From Rhizomicrobium sp. (GTDB lineage Bacteria; Pseudomonadota; Alphaproteobacteria; Micropepsales; Micropepsaceae), in NCBI GenBank assembly GCA_049964915.1, contig JBMFWV010000001.1, positions 13,596 to 77,595 of the forward strand: a stretch of DNA of 64,000 bases. Reading direction: 5' to 3'. The number at the start of each line of letters is the position of its first letter. Positions within the stretch are counted from its first letter, which is position 1. A program made the translations under genes and the position numbers. The notes beneath the pieces are model-generated. The model searched no databases. It saw nothing but the letters and a program-made list of their open reading frames with translations, and was not told the DNA's origin. Shown here piece by piece: positions 38,825 through 47,820 of the stretch.

Positions 38825-39607
38825 TCAACCGTGTGGCGGCGCGTGCATGTAGCTCGCAACGAGGGAGCCCGCCACCAGGCGCCAGCCATCGACCAGCACG
38901 AAAAAGATGAGCTTAAAAGGCAGGGAAATGACCACTGGCGGCAGCATCATCATGCCCATGCTCATCAATATGGATGCAACCGCCATGTCGATGATGAGGA
39001 ACGGCACAAAGAGTAGAAAGCCGATCTCAAAAGCGCGCTTCAGCTCGGACAGCATGAACGCCGGGGCCAGTTCGGCAAAGCCTATAGCGCTCGGCGTCTG
39101 CGGTCGCTTGGCGGTGCTCATGTCAATGAACATCTGCAAGTCTGACTTGCGCACATGGGCCAGCATGAACTGCTTGACCGGACCACCGGCTCTATCCAGC
39201 GCCTGCTCCGTCGTGATCTTGCCTGCCACGAGCGGCGCCACGCCTGCGTTGTAGGCTGCCGTAAGTGTAGGGTTCATCACAAAGAATGTGAGAAAGAGCG
39301 AGAGGCTGATAATCACCGAATTCGGTGGTGTTGTCTGCAAACCAAGTGCCTGCCTCAGCAGCGACAAAACCACTACGATGCGAACAAAGCTCGTCATCAT
39401 GATGAGAATGGCCGGGGCTATCGACAGGATGGTTATCAGCGCAATGATCTGCATCAGCCGGTTAGTGAAGAGGCCGCTGCCAGAGAGCGATATATTCAGA
39501 CCACTGCCACTAGCCGGCAGGCTACCTGCCGTCGCCGCAAATACCGGATGGGAAAAACTCACCAGCAATGCGAGCATGACGAGACTGAACATCGCCAGAC
39601 GCTTCAT
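38825..39607 (-). CDS. fliP: Flagellar export protein FliP
   Basis: MMTSFVRIVVVLSLLRQALG, PAFMLSELKRAFEIGF, MMMLPP, KLIFFVLVDGW. Confidence 0.97.
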   Translation of the reverse strand: MKRLAMFSLVMLALLVSFSHPVFAATAGSLPASGSGLNISLSGSGLFTNRLMQIIALITILSIAPAILIMMTSFVRIVVVLSLLRQALGLQTTPPNSVIISLSLFLTFFVMNPTLTAAYNAGVAPLVAGKITTEQALDRAGGPVKQFMLAHVRKSDLQMFIDMSTAKRPQTPSAIGFAELAPAFMLSELKRAFEIGFLLFVPFLIIDMAVASILMSMGMMMLPPVVISLPFKLIFFVLVDGWRLVAGSLVASYMHAPPHG

Positions 39608-39888
39608 AGTGTGCGCCCAGGGATAGAACTGCTCTGACTGCTGCTCTCGATCGCTGTCGTTCCGTTGGGACCGATCACGATGAGGTGCTCTGTATCGTCC
39701 CGGCGCAGCAATATAGCCCGGTGCCGGGCATCGAGCATTAATGTCTCCGCGACCACTAACCGCCGGCTTCCCTGCGGTGCCACCACCCCGGGAAGACCAT
39801 ATTTGCGGGCGACCACAAACGCTGTGCCGAGCAATCCCAGCACCACTGCGAGCGCTCCCACGTAGCGCATGAGGTCGACCACATCCAT
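39604..39888 (-). CDS. fliO: Flagellar protein FliO/FliZ
   Basis: One TM segment, then RRLVVAETLMLDARHRAILLRRDDTEHLIVIG; overlaps the fliP start. Confidence 0.85.
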   Translation of the reverse strand: MDVVDLMRYVGALAVVLGLLGTAFVVARKYGLPGVVAPQGSRRLVVAETLMLDARHRAILLRRDDTEHLIVIGPNGTTAIESSSQSSSIPGRTL

Positions 39889-39932
39889 GCTTAACCCGCT
39901 CTTCGACGAAGCCGAGACTTGCGCCGTTAAGC

Positions 39933-39947
39933 TTAATCGACGGTTAA
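39933..39947. promoter_or_regulatory. Perfect CtrA box
   Basis: TTAA-TCGACGG-TTAA upstream of fliO. Confidence 0.75.
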
Positions 39948-39986
39948 AGAGCGGAAATTCCTGCCCGGCAAAAAGGTTCACCGTCG

Positions 39987-40001
39987 TTAAGCGGCAATTA
40001 A
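39987..40001. promoter_or_regulatory. Perfect CtrA box
   Basis: TTAA-GCGGCAA-TTAA upstream of flgB. Confidence 0.75.
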
Positions 40002-40060
40002 TGCGCCGGGGTCATGCTGCCCTCTGTTAGGGCTAATAATCCGTGAAAGGAGGTCTCGCC

Positions 40061-40471
40061 GTGAACTTCACCAGTACTCCGTTGCTCAAGATGCTCGATG
40101 AGCGCATGACCTGGCTGAATGCCCGCCAGGCCGTATTGAGCGAGAACGTCGCGAATGCTGATACCCCCGGCTACATGGCCAAGGATCTCAAGCCCGAGAA
40201 CTTCGCCTCCTATTTGAACAACGGATCCGCTGGTCTGCCTACACCTGCCCTCGAACGCACCAATCCACGTCACCTTCCCGGTGTCACCCAACCGGGTCAG
40301 CACTTCGCTGAGACGCAATCGCCCGACGGCGAGGCCAATCCCACCGGCAATACCGTCAGCATCGACCAGGAGATGATGAAGGTGTCCAAGACGCAGGAGG
40401 AATACCAGGCGGCCTCCGATCTTTATGCCAAGAGCATCGTCATGATGCGTACAGCTATCGGCCAGCCGTAA
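40061..40471 (+). CDS. flgB: Flagellar basal-body rod protein FlgB
   Basis: SENVANADTPGYMAKD, GNTVSIDQEM; GTG start behind GAAAGGAGG. Confidence 0.95.
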   Translation: MNFTSTPLLKMLDERMTWLNARQAVLSENVANADTPGYMAKDLKPENFASYLNNGSAGLPTPALERTNPRHLPGVTQPGQHFAETQSPDGEANPTGNTVSIDQEMMKVSKTQEEYQAASDLYAKSIVMMRTAIGQP

Positions 40472-40492
40472 TCGTAGAGGAGAAACAGCACC

Positions 40493-40903
40493 ATGGACCT
40501 GACAACCTCAATGGCCATCGCGGCATCTGGACTTACCGCCCAGAGCGACCGTATGCGTGTCATTGCAGAAAACCTTGCCAACGCAGACTCCACGGCCACC
40601 GCTCCAGGCGGCACGCCCTATCGCCGGCAGGTGCCGACCATCAGCAGTCAGTTCAGCCAGCACCTCGACGCCACATTGGTGAAGGCCGGAAATCCTATCC
40701 CGGATCAAAGTCCGTTTCGTACCAAATATGATCCCGGCAATCCGGCGGCGAATGCGCAAGGATATGTCCAGCTTCCAAACGTCAATCCGCTCATCGAAAT
40801 CATGGACATGCGTGAAGCGCAGCGTTCCTACCAGGCGGATCTGACGGTCATGGACGTTTCCAAGACCATGCTCTCACAGACCATCAATCTGCTGACGAAA
40901 TAA
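40493..40903 (+). CDS. flgC: Flagellar basal-body rod protein FlgC
   Basis: RMRVIAENLANA, YDPGNPAA...GYVQLPNVN, AQRSYQA. Confidence 0.96.
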   Translation: MDLTTSMAIAASGLTAQSDRMRVIAENLANADSTATAPGGTPYRRQVPTISSQFSQHLDATLVKAGNPIPDQSPFRTKYDPGNPAANAQGYVQLPNVNPLIEIMDMREAQRSYQADLTVMDVSKTMLSQTINLLTK

Positions 40904-40926
40904 CTTTATTCGTTCGGAGTTCTGCC

Positions 40927-41256
40927 ATGGCTATTGCACCTGCCGCTGCAACCTCTGCCTATCAGGCCATCGCCAAAATCGGCGCAAGTGGTACATCGTC
41001 CGCTGCGACCGCAACGATGGGAACAGGTACAACCGCACCAACAACGTTTTCCCAGTTTCTCGACGGAGCGGTCAAAGACGCGCTTCATACGATTAGACAG
41101 GGCGAGACAATGACGTCCAAGGCCGTTGAAGGCAAAGCCAGCATGGTCAATGTCGTCAATGCAGTTAACAATGCGGAACTCACACTCGACACAGTGGTGG
41201 CCGTTCGCGACAAGGTGATCTCTGCGTATCAGAGCATCATGCAAATGCCTATTTGA
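40927..41256 (+). CDS. fliE: Flagellar hook-basal body protein FliE
   Basis: AELTLDTVVAVRDKVISAYQSIMQMPI. Confidence 0.95.
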   Translation: MAIAPAAATSAYQAIAKIGASGTSSAATATMGTGTTAPTTFSQFLDGAVKDALHTIRQGETMTSKAVEGKASMVNVVNAVNNAELTLDTVVAVRDKVISAYQSIMQMPI

Positions 41257-41266
41257 AAGAACACGA

Positions 41267-41530
41267 ATGACGCCCGCGGATACTCTCGACTTCGCCAGAC
41301 AGGCTATGTATGTGCTGCTTGAGGTCTCTGCACCAGCAATGCTGACAGCACTGGTGGTCGGCCTGGTGATTGGCTTGCTTCAGGCACTGACACAGATCCA
41401 GGAAGCGACGCTTGTCTTTGTACCAAAGATTCTCGCGATATTTCTGGTTCTGCTGATTTCCCTACCCTTTGCGGGACAGGCGATGCAGGGCCTGATGAAC
41501 GATATCGCCGCGCGAATATCCCAGTTCTGA
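41267..41530 (+). CDS. fliQ: Flagellar export protein FliQ
   Basis: GLVIGLLQALTQIQEATLVFVPKI. Confidence 0.96.
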   Translation: MTPADTLDFARQAMYVLLEVSAPAMLTALVVGLVIGLLQALTQIQEATLVFVPKILAIFLVLLISLPFAGQAMQGLMNDIAARISQF

Positions 41531-41541
41531 CAGGAGTTGGC

Positions 41542-42309
41542 GTGGTCATTCATCTTGCCAACCTATCGGGCATCGTCCTGGTCTACCTGCTTGGTTTCAG
41601 TCGCATCGGTGCGATGGTTATGCTGCTGCCGGCGATCGGTGATACTGCGGTACCACCCATGATACGCCTGGTGCTCGCACTCGCGATTACCTTCGCCATA
41701 GCACCGATCATAGCTCACTACTATCCTGCTACGCCGCCAGCCAGTGTAATGGCGTTGGTGCTTATGATCCTCAAGGAAGTTGTAATCGGTCTGCTCATTG
41801 GCGTGATGGCGACCATCATCATGAGCACTCTTCAGGTTGCGGGCTCGATCATTGCCTCGCAAATTGGCTTGTCGTACTCACAGAGCTTCGATCCAGCATT
41901 TGGTGGCGAGGATACCTCGATCAGCAACTTCATCAGCTTGCTTGGAACAGTGCTCATATTCGCGACCAATCTACATCATCTGGCGATCGGCGCGATCATC
42001 GGCAGCTATCACATCATGCCTCCTGCCGCCGGCCTTCCTGCGGCGGATATGGCACGTCTGTCCGTCCGTCTTGTCAGTGCCAGCTTCGCGCTGGGCCTGC
42101 AACTTGCGGCGCCATTTGTGGTCTTTGGCTTTGCCGTAAATATCGGGTTCGGCTTTCTGGCAAAAATGATGCCCCAGCTTCAGGTTTTCTTTATCGCCAT
42201 GCCCTTGAACCTCCTGGCTGGCTTTTTCCTAATGATTCTTCTTATCGGCACGATGATGACTGCGTTTCTGAACTTCTTCGGCACGCAGATGGCCCACTTT
42301 ATGGGGTAG
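41542..42309 (+). CDS. fliR: Flagellar export protein FliR
   Basis: FSRIGAMVMLLP, AGSIIASQIGL, KMMPQLQVFFIAMP. Confidence 0.95.
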   Translation: MVIHLANLSGIVLVYLLGFSRIGAMVMLLPAIGDTAVPPMIRLVLALAITFAIAPIIAHYYPATPPASVMALVLMILKEVVIGLLIGVMATIIMSTLQVAGSIIASQIGLSYSQSFDPAFGGEDTSISNFISLLGTVLIFATNLHHLAIGAIIGSYHIMPPAAGLPAADMARLSVRLVSASFALGLQLAAPFVVFGFAVNIGFGFLAKMMPQLQVFFIAMPLNLLAGFFLMILLIGTMMTAFLNFFGTQMAHFMG

Positions 42310-42312
42310 GAC

Positions 42313-43389
42313 ATGGCCGACGAAACCGATGATGCCGAACGCACAGAAGAACCAACAGCGCGAAGACTTGACGAAGCAGCGAAGCATGGCGACGTCATCA
42401 AGAGCCAGGAAGTTACCACTCTTGTTGTCCTTGCGGCGGGAACGCTGGCGTTTAAGCTGTTTGGACCATCCGCCGGGACGCATTTTATTCTCGGCCTTAA
42501 GGTATTTCTCTCGCGACCGGATCAGATTGCCGTTGATCCGGATAGCATCATGGCCGTTGCTCGGCACATTGGCTGGACGCTGCTGATCTTGCTCGGCGCC
42601 CCGCTCAGCCTGCTCCTGGGCGCCAGCATCGCCGCGCACGTCGTGCAGGCCCGTCCGGTGTTTGTGGCAGAAAAAATCAAGCCAGACCTTTCCAAGCTTG
42701 CCCTCACTCAGGGATTTCAGAGACTTTTCGGTAGCGAAGGCTGGATTTCATTGCTCAAGGGGACGGTCAAAATGGCGCTTGTGGCCGGGGCGCTATGGGC
42801 AGTGCTTTGGCCTGACCGCATGGAAGTTCTCGCGGTTTTGCAGCAATCACCGCGCGATCTTGTTGGCAACATGATGAGAATCGCGGAGCACATCGCACTG
42901 GCCACGCTTTCCGCCATGACCTTGATTGCCATTCTTGACTATCTCAATCAGCGCTTTCAATTCCTGAAGCGCAACCGAATGAGCCGGCACGAGATCAAGG
43001 AGGAACTGCGTCAGTCGGACGGTGATCCCCTGATCAAGGCGAAAATACGCCAGATAAGAATGGAGCGCTCGCGACAACGCATGATGGCCCGGGTGCCGCA
43101 GGCGACGGTAGTCGTGATGAACCCAACCCACTACGCCGTCGCCCTGCAGTATGAGGCCGGAACGATGGCTGCCCCGGTTTGTGTGGCCAAGGGTGTTGAT
43201 GCAGTCGCCTTGCGCATCCGCGACAAGGCGAAGGAAAACAAAGTTCCTGTTGTGGAGAACCCGCCTCTCGCACGAGCCCTCTATGCTGCCGTAGATATCG
43301 ATGAGAGCATTCCTCCCGAACACTACAAGGCTGTGGCGCAGGTGATTGGCTACGTGCTGAAGCTCTCGGGCAGGATGCGACCCAACTAG
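42313..43389 (+). CDS. flhB: Flagellar export protein FlhB
   Basis: TEEPTARRL, KEELRQSDGDP, autocleavage motif NPTHYAVAL, ENPPLARAL. Confidence 0.97.
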   Translation: MADETDDAERTEEPTARRLDEAAKHGDVIKSQEVTTLVVLAAGTLAFKLFGPSAGTHFILGLKVFLSRPDQIAVDPDSIMAVARHIGWTLLILLGAPLSLLLGASIAAHVVQARPVFVAEKIKPDLSKLALTQGFQRLFGSEGWISLLKGTVKMALVAGALWAVLWPDRMEVLAVLQQSPRDLVGNMMRIAEHIALATLSAMTLIAILDYLNQRFQFLKRNRMSRHEIKEELRQSDGDPLIKAKIRQIRMERSRQRMMARVPQATVVVMNPTHYAVALQYEAGTMAAPVCVAKGVDAVALRIRDKAKENKVPVVENPPLARALYAAVDIDESIPPEHYKAVAQVIGYVLKLSGRMRPN

Positions 43390-44420
43390 CTCACCACCAT
43401 CACCTTGCATTGACCGCTCGGCTTGCGCAGGGCTTCAAAAGCTACGGGCAGGCTGTCCAGATCTATCGTGTCGGTAATCATGCTCTCGCCATCGATCCGG
43501 CCAGAACCAAGCATCGCTATGACATAGTCGAAGTCGGCTGGGCGGTAGCCAAGGACAAATTGCAGGTTAAGCTCTTTGGCGATGCCCGCGAGCGGAAAGA
43601 TGGTGTCGGGCTGCTGGCAGACTCCCGCAACCACAATGCGTCCACCCCGCGGTGCCTCAGCCATGGTCTGTGCGATCATGCCGGGTGCACCTACGCACTC
43701 GAAGATGACGTCCGGACCGCGTCCGGTCAGGCGCTCGACCTGACCGGCGAGTGGTTCATCCGGATTGAGTGCATCGCTTGCGCCGAAACGCGCCGCCATC
43801 TGACGCCGTACTGCTGCCCGTTCGCTGACAAGAACGTGACGTATGCCGAGGAATCTTGCCCACATGATCACTGCGAGCCCAACCGGTCCCGCGCCAACAA
43901 CGAGGACCACAGCATCGCGATCGAGCTTGGCCATATCGACGGCATGCAGCCCAACGGCCAAGGGTTCAACCAATGCTCCGGCGCGATAGCTCATTCCTCC
44001 TGGAAGCCGGAATGCTGCATTTGCCGATATACGAACATATTCGGCATAGGCGCCATGGCGCTGTCCTAGTCCAATTCCTGCGCCGCGTGCGCAAGCGCCT
44101 GAGCCAAGCCCCAAGGTAAGATTGGGGCATGGTGTTTGCTCTCCACAACACAGATAGGGGAAACCCACAACCGCCGTTCCTGTGCTCCACTCGGCTCTAA
44201 CGGCGCTGCCAGCCTCCACCACTTCACCACAAAATTCATGCCCCATGACCGCGCCCGAGGGCAGCCCCAGTACCGAGCCGGGTTCGGTCATATGCAGATC
44301 CGAGCCACAGATCCCGCAGGCGCGAACCTTCAATATCAAATCATGCGGTGACGGACGGGGTTCGTCGATCTGTTCGATGACGAGGGGCTGACCTGCTTGA
44401 TGAAACACCGCGGCCCGCAT
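43386..44420 (-). CDS. Zinc-binding alcohol dehydrogenase (MDR) family protein
   Basis: CGICGSDLH, GHEFCGEV, EPLAVGLHA, GAGPVGL; start MRAAVFH at 44420. Confidence 0.92.
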   Translation of the reverse strand: MRAAVFHQAGQPLVIEQIDEPRPSPHDLILKVRACGICGSDLHMTEPGSVLGLPSGAVMGHEFCGEVVEAGSAVRAEWSTGTAVVGFPYLCCGEQTPCPNLTLGLGSGACARGAGIGLGQRHGAYAEYVRISANAAFRLPGGMSYRAGALVEPLAVGLHAVDMAKLDRDAVVLVVGAGPVGLAVIMWARFLGIRHVLVSERAAVRRQMAARFGASDALNPDEPLAGQVERLTGRGPDVIFECVGAPGMIAQTMAEAPRGGRIVVAGVCQQPDTIFPLAGIAKELNLQFVLGYRPADFDYVIAMLGSGRIDGESMITDTIDLDSLPVAFEALRKPSGQCKVMVVS

Positions 44421-44489
44421 GGCTTCCTCCACTTTGCTCGGCGTGACCAGCTTATGCCATTCTGGGCAGGTGGGAAGTCGGAGATCGCA

Positions 44490-45920
44490 ATGAGTGTTCC
44501 TTACGCTACGGCAAGACAGATGCTGGACGATCTTGCCTCTCGACGCATATCGGCGCTTGAACTTCTTGAACAGCATGTCGCCCGGCAGCGCAGTCATCAC
44601 GGCAAATTGAATGCCGTCATCACAGAGGATTTGGAGGCAGCTCGCTCCGCAGCCCGCGCACTCGACGACGCCCGCGTTCGCGGCGTGGAACTCGGGGTGC
44701 TCGCCGGCCTGCCGATGACCATCAAGGATGGCTTCGACGTTAACGGCATGCCGGCGATATCAGGCAATCCGGAATTTTCCGCTCGGGAGCGATCCTGCGC
44801 TGACGCCGACCTGGTGGGCAGACTTCGCAGTGCAGGAGCGGTGATCTGGGGGAAAACCAATGTGCCGCTAATGCTTGGCGATTTTCAGAGTTACAATGCA
44901 GTTTTCGGCACCACCAATAATCCTTTTGATCTCTCCCGAACCTCGGGAGGCTCGTCAGGCGGTGCTGCCGCGGCCCTTGCTGCTGATATCACGCCACTGG
45001 AACTTGGTTCCGACATAGGCGGCTCCCTGCGTCATCCGGCAAATTTCTGCGGGGTTTGCGCGCTCAAGCCGAGCTGGGGAGCGTTGCCCCTGAAAGGTCA
45101 CGTTCCCCCTAGCCCCGGCATGAACCAGGAGATTGACCTGAATGTGGCCGGTCCCATGGCCCGGAATGTGAAAGACCTCAAGTTGATGTGGGATGTATTG
45201 AGGGAGCAGCCCGTCGCAGAGCTGCGTCCAGCCGGACAGGCACGTATCGCGGTCTGGAATGCGCAGCCGGGATGGCCTCTCGCGCAGTGTGTAAAGGATG
45301 CCGTCGAACAGACCGCAAAATGCCTTTCCGATCTTGGCTTTTCAGTCGATTATGCCGTTCCGGATTTCAATGCCGACGCATTGCTCCAGAACTATCTCGA
45401 CCTTCTAACCGCGACTGTCGCTGCGAATTTTCCTGCTCATTTGCGTGACGCGATGGCAGCACGGCGCGAGGAAGACATACGGCTTGTCAGCGAAGACCGC
45501 GACGTGACCGGTGAAGCCCGCTATCGTCTGCGGGCCAGTGCCACAGAAGAGCAGCTCGATGCGGCAAGGCGCAAACGCGACAATTACAAGCGTGTCCTCG
45601 ATGGTTTCTTCCGGCAGGGATATGATGCGATACTTGCTCCGGTCACACCAGTTACCGCCTTTCTACATGACCATTCAGCGCCTATGAATGCTCGCACGCT
45701 CTTGGTCGACGGCATCGCGGCTCCCTACATGTCAGCCCTCAACTGGATCTCGGTCGCGACCGCACTTCATGCTCCCGCTCTGGTCCTTCCTGCCGCTCGA
45801 CATGCTGGCCTACCAATCGGTGTTCAACTGATTGGGCCGCAAGGTGGCGAATCCAGGCTATTTGAGGTTGCCCTAGCGGCAGAGTTGGCGATTGGCCCCT
45901 TCCCGCCGCCTACGCTCTGA
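44490..45920 (+). CDS. Amidase signature family protein
   Basis: MTIKD, GKTNVP, GGSSGGAAAA, GSDIGGSLRHPA. Confidence 0.93.
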   Translation: MSVPYATARQMLDDLASRRISALELLEQHVARQRSHHGKLNAVITEDLEAARSAARALDDARVRGVELGVLAGLPMTIKDGFDVNGMPAISGNPEFSARERSCADADLVGRLRSAGAVIWGKTNVPLMLGDFQSYNAVFGTTNNPFDLSRTSGGSSGGAAAALAADITPLELGSDIGGSLRHPANFCGVCALKPSWGALPLKGHVPPSPGMNQEIDLNVAGPMARNVKDLKLMWDVLREQPVAELRPAGQARIAVWNAQPGWPLAQCVKDAVEQTAKCLSDLGFSVDYAVPDFNADALLQNYLDLLTATVAANFPAHLRDAMAARREEDIRLVSEDRDVTGEARYRLRASATEEQLDAARRKRDNYKRVLDGFFRQGYDAILAPVTPVTAFLHDHSAPMNARTLLVDGIAAPYMSALNWISVATALHAPALVLPAARHAGLPIGVQLIGPQGGESRLFEVALAAELAIGPFPPPTL

Positions 45921-45959
45921 GACACACTGGCCAGGCGAAATACTAAAGAAGGTTCCATC

Positions 45960-47132
45960 ATGACGATGCGACTGCGAAGCGGCATATTTCTGGCCCCCTT
46001 TCATCCCGTCAACGAAGATCCCACGCTTTGTATCCAGCGGGATATGGAGTTGATCGAGCATCTCGATCGGCTTGGCTATGATGAAGCGTGGATTGGAGAG
46101 CACCATTCCGCTGGCTTCGAAATCATCGCCAGCCCTGAGCTCTTTATTGCGGCCGTTGCGGAACGTACCCGCCGCATCAAATTGGGCACCGGTGTAGTAT
46201 CGTTGCCATATCATAACCCGCTTATGGCAGCCAACCGGATCATTCAGCTCGATCATCAGACACGTGGGCGCATCATGTTTGGCGTCGGACCTGGCCTGCT
46301 GCCATCGGATGCGTTTTCCATGGGCATCGACCCTTCTGTGCAGCGCACACGCATGGTTGAAGCCTTGGAAGTCATCGTGCGGCTATTTCAAGGCGAACGG
46401 GTGACTATCAAGACCGATTGGTTTGAACTGGTAGATGCAACCTGTCAGTTGCGCCCCTTCACTTATCCCTATCCAGAAATTGCGGTTGCATCTTCGGTAA
46501 CGCCATCCGGGGGCAAACTGGCCGGGAAGCATGGCTTTGGCATGTTGTGCGTCGCAGCAACCCAGGCGGGTGGTTACGATGCTCTGGGCATCAACTGGGA
46601 TATCGCACAAAAAACTGCGGCCGAGCACGGCCGCACGATGGATCCTGACCGTTTAAGGCTGGTCGGCCCTGTCCATCTTGCCGAGACCCGCGCGCAGGCC
46701 TTTGAAAACTGTAAATTCGGCTTCGAGCAATGGCAGGGATATTTTTCTGGTATTAGCGCCGTTGCTGGACGAGAAACCGCGGAGAACCGGTCGCTCAGCA
46801 CGCTCGTCGAAGAAGGTGTGGCGGTGGTTGGCACTCCCGACGATGCCATCGCCCAGATCCGAAGACTGCAAGCCAAACAGGGCTCGTTCGGGTGCTTTCT
46901 GCAGCTCGCACATAACTGGGCAAATTTCGAGCAGACCCGTAAATCGTATGAGCTTTGGCAGCGCTACGTTGTTCCCGCCATCAATAACACCAATCAGGCG
47001 CGCGAAACCGCCTTGTCGTGGGCCAAGGACAACAAGGAGCGCTTTATTGGCGCCGCCATGTCAGCCGCAATGCAAACCATTCAAAAGCATCACGAGGAGG
47101 AAACCGCCAAGACCGCCTCGCGAGGAAATTAG
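45960..47132 (+). CDS. Luciferase-like (LLM) flavin-dependent monooxygenase, limonene monooxygenase-like
   Basis: FLAPFH, EAWIGEHHS, IKLGTGVVSLPYH, GVGPGLLPSDA. Confidence 0.9.
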   Translation: MTMRLRSGIFLAPFHPVNEDPTLCIQRDMELIEHLDRLGYDEAWIGEHHSAGFEIIASPELFIAAVAERTRRIKLGTGVVSLPYHNPLMAANRIIQLDHQTRGRIMFGVGPGLLPSDAFSMGIDPSVQRTRMVEALEVIVRLFQGERVTIKTDWFELVDATCQLRPFTYPYPEIAVASSVTPSGGKLAGKHGFGMLCVAATQAGGYDALGINWDIAQKTAAEHGRTMDPDRLRLVGPVHLAETRAQAFENCKFGFEQWQGYFSGISAVAGRETAENRSLSTLVEEGVAVVGTPDDAIAQIRRLQAKQGSFGCFLQLAHNWANFEQTRKSYELWQRYVVPAINNTNQARETALSWAKDNKERFIGAAMSAAMQTIQKHHEEETAKTASRGN

Positions 47133-47166
47133 CGGAAGTAGGCTTGCCAGCCTGGCGCCATACTGT

Positions 47167-47652
47167 TCAGGGAACGCAGGTTATTGCCGGCGCTTGCCGC
47201 GGTCGTACGGTTGAAAGAACGACAGGAGAGGAAACCGCCCGGTAGAGCAAAACCGGGCGGGAGGCTCCTTTGGCAGCCAGCCGGATGAGGTCAGCGGCGG
47301 CGTACGCCAAATCATTCGGAGCGCCCGCGCTGAGCGCCTCTGCCGTGCGGCGCAGCCAGATGAGATCCTCGACGCGGCGGCGCCCTTCGTCAAAATGTTC
47401 TGCGACTTCGCGCAGCCTCTCGCTGCAGGATGGAGCCTGGCTCTGTGGCAAGAGGCTTGCCGCTTCTCGCAGCAGACAGGCCGCCCCGATCACTGTAGTG
47501 GGCTCGGTCGCGATGAGACGCTGATGCAGCATTGCGATCCGCGCAAGCTCGCTACGGGTAGCGCGCAAATCATCTACGTCGCGGGCCTCGGCGAGTGCCA
47601 TATAGGCCCGCTCGATTTCATCCATCAGGGCTATGACCGGATCGACGCGCAC
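47167..47652 (-). CDS. Hypothetical helical protein
   Basis: 161-aa ORF fills the gap between convergent genes; no family recognised. Confidence 0.6.
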   Translation of the reverse strand: MRVDPVIALMDEIERAYMALAEARDVDDLRATRSELARIAMLHQRLIATEPTTVIGAACLLREAASLLPQSQAPSCSERLREVAEHFDEGRRRVEDLIWLRRTAEALSAGAPNDLAYAAADLIRLAAKGASRPVLLYRAVSSPVVLSTVRPRQAPAITCVP

Positions 47653-47820
47653 GAAGTTACTCCGCGTTTCGTCTCCAAAACAGCTAACGCAGGAGCCGGT
47701 TCCCTGGAAAGTGGCTGAGGGCAGCTAAGGCGGACTTATCCCCTCTTGATCACGCCCAGCCCCGCCGGCGAGAGCCGACTGTCCCAAATCTGGACAGGTG
47801 CTGTCGCCAGCTCGAATGGG

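Noticed and set aside
39960-39985. Sigma54 promoter or FlbD site before flgB (CGGCAAAAAGGTTCA)
   Set aside because: The -12 TTGC is missing and only a half-site of the FlbD motif is present.
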